Assembly (NCBI GenBank): GCA_030651475.1
Contig: JAUSEW010000027.1
Span: 41,553 to 105,552 of the forward strand
Direction of reading: 5' to 3'
Length of the DNA: 64,000 bases
From: Candidatus Levyibacteriota bacterium
GTDB lineage: Bacteria > Patescibacteriota > Microgenomatia > Levybacterales > UBA12049
Positions 59,871-64,000 of this stretch are shown one piece after another (position 1 is the first letter of the stretch; every line of letters starts with the position of its first letter). A model generated the notes under the pieces. That model saw only the letters and a list, made by a program, of their open reading frames with translations. It was not told where the DNA came from and did no database searches. Position numbers and translations under genes: made by a program.

Positions 59871-61339
59871 AAAAGCTTGAGACTCTTATTTTATTTTTAA
59901 TTCTCATAGGCGGATTTATAGTAAGATTTTATAATTTCAGTAGTCCTGTTGCGGATTGGCATTCGTGGCGTCAGAGCGACACGTCGGCAGTTTCCAGAAA
60001 TTTTATCAAGTTTGGTTTTGATATTCTGCATCCGCGCTTTGACGATTTATCAAATGGAGTTTCTTTAATAGATAATCCTAATGGACATAGATTTGTGGAA
60101 TTTCCTATTTATAATGTTTTTCAGGCAGGACTGTTTAAATTTTCTGCACATTGGACTTTGGAGGAATGGGGAAGAATTGTTACTATATTTTCTTCATTAA
60201 CTGCAGTTGTCTTTCTCTATTTATTGCTTAAGAAACATATCTCCGCTCGTGCAGGTTTGATAGGAGCATTCTTTTATGCTTTTGTTCCATATAACATTTA
60301 TTTCAGCCGAACTATTCTTCCGGATCCTTTGATGATCGCATTTTTCTTAGGAGGTTTATTCTTCTTTGACCAGTATCTGGATGGAAAATCTACCGGAGGC
60401 AAGTATACATATTATCTATTGGCAATAATACTAACCGCAGCAGCACTTCTTATGAAACCATTCGTGGTTTTTTTCTTTTTGGCATATTTGTATCTAATCT
60501 TTATGGAAAGGGGATTAGCGGGTTTTAAGAGGTTGGATGTATGGTTATTTTTTATTATTTCTATAGCGCCGTTTATTCTTTGGAGAGTGTGGATGCAGCA
60601 ATATCCGGAGGGAATTCCGCAGAGTAATTGGCTATTTAACGGAACAGGAATAAGATTTAAGGGAGCGTGGTTTTGGTGGATTTTTGCAGAAAGAATAGCG
60701 CGTGAGATGCTTGGATTTTGGGGATTGCCATTTGTCGTATTGGGAATGATAGCAAAGACAGGGAAGAAAGAAGGATGGTTCTTTTTAACCTTTGCTGCAT
60801 CATCTTTGGCTTATCTTACGGTTTTTGCCACAGGCAATGTTCAGCATGATTACTACCAAATTCTTATAGTTCCTGCTCTTGCTATATTTTTCGCAAAGGG
60901 AATTGACTGGGCGCTTTCTTTAGCTAGCGATCGTATGCAGTATTTAATTACATTATCCGTTATTACCGTAACTACATTATTTATGTTAATGTTTGGGTGG
61001 TTTGTGGTAAGAGATTTTTATTCGATACAGCATCCTTCTATAATTGAGGCCGGTCAGGCAGTTGATATGCTTACTCCAAAAGACGCAAAAGTTATCGCTC
61101 CGTACAATGGAGATACGACATTTTTATATTTCACAAAAAGACAGGGATGGCCTGTTTTTGAGAGGACGCTTAAAGAGTTTAAGAAAGCAGGAGCATCTCA
61201 TATCGCATTTGCCGATCCAACCAAAGAAGAATTAAATTTCCAAACGTTATTTAAACCGGTAGCTATAACAGCAACGTACGCAATATTCGATCTCAATAAG
61301 CCAACCCCGCAAGGCTTACTGGAACAGAAAAAGAACTAA
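59867..61339 (+). CDS. GT-C (ArnT/PMT-like) membrane glycosyltransferase
   Basis: HSWRQSDT, EFPIY, SRTILPD and HDYYQ motifs. Confidence 0.8.
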   Translation: MKKLETLILFLILIGGFIVRFYNFSSPVADWHSWRQSDTSAVSRNFIKFGFDILHPRFDDLSNGVSLIDNPNGHRFVEFPIYNVFQAGLFKFSAHWTLEEWGRIVTIFSSLTAVVFLYLLLKKHISARAGLIGAFFYAFVPYNIYFSRTILPDPLMIAFFLGGLFFFDQYLDGKSTGGKYTYYLLAIILTAAALLMKPFVVFFFLAYLYLIFMERGLAGFKRLDVWLFFIISIAPFILWRVWMQQYPEGIPQSNWLFNGTGIRFKGAWFWWIFAERIAREMLGFWGLPFVVLGMIAKTGKKEGWFFLTFAASSLAYLTVFATGNVQHDYYQILIVPALAIFFAKGIDWALSLASDRMQYLITLSVITVTTLFMLMFGWFVVRDFYSIQHPSIIEAGQAVDMLTPKDAKVIAPYNGDTTFLYFTKRQGWPVFERTLKEFKKAGASHIAFADPTKEELNFQTLFKPVAITATYAIFDLNKPTPQGLLEQKKN

Positions 61340-61340
61340 G

Positions 61341-62534
61341 ATGAAAATATTGCTCGTATCATCATTTTTGCCCTATCCTCTTTATTCCGGCGGGCACATC
61401 CGTTTATACAATCTCATAAAAGGTTTATCCGGAAAACACAAGATAACTCTTGTCTGCGAAAAAAGAGATTATCAAACAGAAAAGGATGTTTTGGAGGTAG
61501 AAAAAATTTGTGAAAAGGTAATAACGGTTGATAGAAGAAAACAGTGGTCTTGGCAAAATATAGCAGTATCAGGTTTCTCTATAAATCCATTTTTAGCAGT
61601 TGGCCACACGAATAATGATATGAGAAACAAAATTGGCGAATTATTAAGCAATACGGATTTTGATTTAATTCACGTTGAAACTTTTTACGTTTTGCAAAAT
61701 GTACCCCAGACTAAAATCCCTATTGTTCTAGCAGAGCATAATATAGAGCATTTAGTTTATGAGCGTTTTGCCAAAAATGCGCCCTTTTTTATAAAGCCGT
61801 TTCTGTATGTAGATATCGCTAAGATGAAATATCAAGAACAAAAGGCTTGGGATAGAGCAGGAAAGTTAATTGCGGTATCAAGTCAGGATAAAGAAATGAT
61901 GGGAAAAAGAAACGTTGAGATCGTATCAAACGGAGTAGACATTAATAAGTTTAAAGTTAGAAGTGAGAAGTCAGAAGTTGAAGGTTCTGAGAAGAGAATT
62001 TTGTTTATTGGCGATTTTAAATGGATAGAGAATAGAGATGCGGTCAAATGGATATTAAAGGAGATATGGCCTGAAATAAAATCAAAAATCAAAAATCAAA
62101 AATCAAAATTAATACTTTGGATAGTTGGGAGAAGGATTCCGCAAGAGATTAGAAATTTAGGAGGAGAAAATGTTATTTTTGATGAGAATGCTCCGGAAAA
62201 TACTAATTTAATTTACCAGAAAGCAGATGTATTGTTAGCGCCAATTCGAGTTGGAGGAGGAACAAGCTTTAAAATTCTGGAGGCAATGGCAAGCGGAGTG
62301 CCTGTTGTCACAACAGATCTTGGAAATTCGGTTAATGCACAAGCGGGCAGGGAAATTATTATTGCAGAAAATTCATCGGATTTTGCAAAAAAGACAATAG
62401 AAATTTTAACCAATAACAAGGCTTATATAGATATTGCAAATAACGCAAGAAAATTCATAGAAGAAAATTATACTTGGGAAAAAATTATTAAAAAATTAGA
62501 AGCGGTTTATGAGGAGGCAGTTAAAAATGATTGA
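61341..62534 (+). CDS. GT4 glycosyltransferase with two internal repeat tracts
   Basis: PYPLYSGG, EHNIEH, NGVD and GGGTSFKILEAMASGVPVV motifs. Confidence 0.92.
   Translation: MKILLVSSFLPYPLYSGGHIRLYNLIKGLSGKHKITLVCEKRDYQTEKDVLEVEKICEKVITVDRRKQWSWQNIAVSGFSINPFLAVGHTNNDMRNKIGELLSNTDFDLIHVETFYVLQNVPQTKIPIVLAEHNIEHLVYERFAKNAPFFIKPFLYVDIAKMKYQEQKAWDRAGKLIAVSSQDKEMMGKRNVEIVSNGVDINKFKVRSEKSEVEGSEKRILFIGDFKWIENRDAVKWILKEIWPEIKSKIKNQKSKLILWIVGRRIPQEIRNLGGENVIFDENAPENTNLIYQKADVLLAPIRVGGGTSFKILEAMASGVPVVTTDLGNSVNAQAGREIIIAENSSDFAKKTIEILTNNKAYIDIANNARKFIEENYTWEKIIKKLEAVYEEAVKND
61947..61981 (+). repeat. Heptamer tandem repeat AAGTNAG x5 (degenerate)
   Basis: aagttta aagttag aagtgag aagtcag aagttga. Confidence 0.85.
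62079..62106 (+). repeat. Perfect heptamer tandem repeat AAATCAA x4
   Basis: aaatcaa x4, encoding KSKIKNQKSK. Confidence 0.9.
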
Positions 62535-63432
62535 TTTATCAATAATAATCGTTAATTACAATACGAAGGTTTTTCTAAAGAATTTATTAGATTCGATTGA
62601 GAAGTCTATTTCAAAAAAGATTACCTATGAAGTTATTGCTGTTGATAATGCATCAACTGATGCTTCGGCATCAGCAATTTCCAATTTCCAATTTCCAATT
62701 TCCAATTTACGACTGATTATAAACAAAAAGAATTTGGGGTTTGCGAAAGCGAATAATCAGGGAATAAGAGCTTCACAGGAAAGCCGTTACCTTTTATTTC
62801 TAAATCCCGATACTTTGATGCAGGAAAATACAATTGAAGAAATGATTAAGTTTATGGACACACATGAAGACGCAGGCGCAGCTACGTGCAAAATCGTAAT
62901 GCCAAATGGAGAGATTGATGATGCAAGCCATCGGGGTTTTCCAACGCCTTGGAACTCATTTTCGTATTTTTCCGGTTTTTCAAAAATATTCCCAAAATCA
63001 AAATTATTTAGCGGGTACAATTTGGGATGGATGGATTTTGGGAAAGCGCATGAAATAGATGCCTGCGCAGGAGCATTTATGGTAGTAAGACGTTCAGCTG
63101 GAGAAGCGATTGGCTGGTGGGACGAAGATTATTTTTTTTATGGAGAAGATTTGGATTTTTGCTATATGTTAAAACAAAAAGGCTGGAAGGTTTATTACGT
63201 CCCGCAAGTTTGGATATTGCATTACAAAGGGGTTGCCGGAGGAATTAAGAAAATTTCGCAGAATATTAGTACGGCAGATTTGGAAACCAAAAGAAGAGCA
63301 ACCAAAGCAAGATTTTCTGCCATGAAAATCTTCTACAAAAAACACTATGAAAAAAAATATCCCAAAATCACAACCTGGCTTGTTAAGCTGGCAATAAACC
63401 TAAAATTACGTTTAGCTATGAAGAATGCGTAG
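62527..63432 (+). CDS. GT2 glycosyltransferase (WbbL-like)
   Basis: IVNYNT, VDNASTD, FLNPD, GAFM and YGEDLD motifs. The ATG at 62527 is preferred. Confidence 0.92.
   Translation: MIDLSIIIVNYNTKVFLKNLLDSIEKSISKKITYEVIAVDNASTDASASAISNFQFPISNLRLIINKKNLGFAKANNQGIRASQESRYLLFLNPDTLMQENTIEEMIKFMDTHEDAGAATCKIVMPNGEIDDASHRGFPTPWNSFSYFSGFSKIFPKSKLFSGYNLGWMDFGKAHEIDACAGAFMVVRRSAGEAIGWWDEDYFFYGEDLDFCYMLKQKGWKVYYVPQVWILHYKGVAGGIKKISQNISTADLETKRRATKARFSAMKIFYKKHYEKKYPKITTWLVKLAINLKLRLAMKNA
62675..62709 (+). repeat. Heptamer tandem repeat CAATTTC x4 plus one degenerate unit
   Basis: caatttc x4 then caattta, encoding ISNFQFPISNL. Confidence 0.92.
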
Positions 63433-63434
63433 GT

Positions 63435-63977
63435 TTAAAGAGCTTTTTTCCATGTTTTTGCGTGTCTACCTTTCCCAAATTTATCAGGTAAGAACCCGTA
63501 ACTTTCATCACATACCCTATCGTAGAAACCCCAACTTGCTTTATATCGTGGTCCGCTATTGAGCACTAATTGTTTTTTTCCTAATTTTTTGGCTTCATTA
63601 CAGACTGCGGTGAATAGTTTTCTGCCAATACCTCCTCCCCTAAAAACTTCGCCCGAAACAAAATTATTCAATAACTCTATAGACAACTCAGGAGTAGTGT
63701 TGAAATGTCTAAGCATATCCGGATCGGGTTGAGAATAAGCAGTGCATCCTAAAACTTTTCCCGTCTCATCTTTTGCAACAAAATAAGTACGAGTTCTTCC
63801 GTATTGGTCTTGTCCGCCTTTCATATAGCGTTTTATGTCATCTATTTCATTTAGCAATATTTCACCAGCATCGCTTCTTACATGTTGTATCAATATTGGT
63901 TCTAGCTGAGCTATATCATTTTCCCCCAGGGGATGAATCTCTACATTTATAATTTTAGCTTGTTCTTCATTAGCCAT
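63435..63977 (-). CDS. GNAT-family N-acetyltransferase
   Basis: FVSGEVFRGGGIGRKL acetyl-CoA loop and a GFY motif. Confidence 0.85.
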   Translation of the reverse strand: MANEEQAKIINVEIHPLGENDIAQLEPILIQHVRSDAGEILLNEIDDIKRYMKGGQDQYGRTRTYFVAKDETGKVLGCTAYSQPDPDMLRHFNTTPELSIELLNNFVSGEVFRGGGIGRKLFTAVCNEAKKLGKKQLVLNSGPRYKASWGFYDRVCDESYGFLPDKFGKGRHAKTWKKAL

Positions 63978-63983
63978 AAATAA

Positions 63984-63992
63984 ATTATATCA
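63984..63992 (-). promoter_or_regulatory. Extended -10 element, probably leaderless
   Basis: TGaTATAAT 6 nt upstream of the ATG at 63977. Confidence 0.6.
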
Positions 63993-64000
63993 TAGCTTAT

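Noticed and set aside
54220-62709. Repeat tracts as a CRISPR array or DGR template/variable repeats
   Set aside because: There is no repeat-spacer structure, no long repeat pair differing at adenines, and no cas or reverse transcriptase gene in the window.
1-64000. Alternative genetic code (TGA=Gly, code 25)
   Set aside because: Many genes end in TGA with ATGA coupling, and ORFs are full length under code 11.

Overview
This is an AT-rich, very gene-dense window made almost entirely of one large cell-surface glycan biosynthesis locus of about 58 CDS. It holds GT2 and GT4 glycosyltransferases, about nine GT-C-like or AftD/YfhO-like membrane glycosyltransferases, six polyprenyl-phosphate-type GT2s and a Wzx flippase. 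It also holds nucleotide-sugar enzymes (four DegT-family PLP enzymes, several SDR epimerases/dehydratases, a split transketolase, a C-methyltransferase) and tailoring enzymes (carbamoyl-, formyl-, acetyl- and methyltransferases, WbqC). Gene content (DUF5667-like protein, GT-C expansion) suggests a CPR/Patescibacteria genome, probably Microgenomates; this is an inference. TGA is used as a stop. I saw no rRNA, tRNA, CRISPR, integrase or transposase. Four signals stand out. (1) Seven period-7 tandem tracts and three short palindromic 24-30 nt elements, one nested in another, lie in frame inside glycosyltransferase genes only in the 53.7-62.7 kb segment, with different units at homologous sites of paralogs. 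(2) Two divergent genes share a CATG start with no intergenic DNA, each with a TATAAT exactly 7 nt upstream inside the other gene. (3) A -10 box recurs 6-9 nt before the first ATG of many transcription units, suggesting leaderless mRNAs. (4) Several uncharacterised sugar-modification cassettes are present. All protein assignments come from motif recognition by eye; no searches were run.
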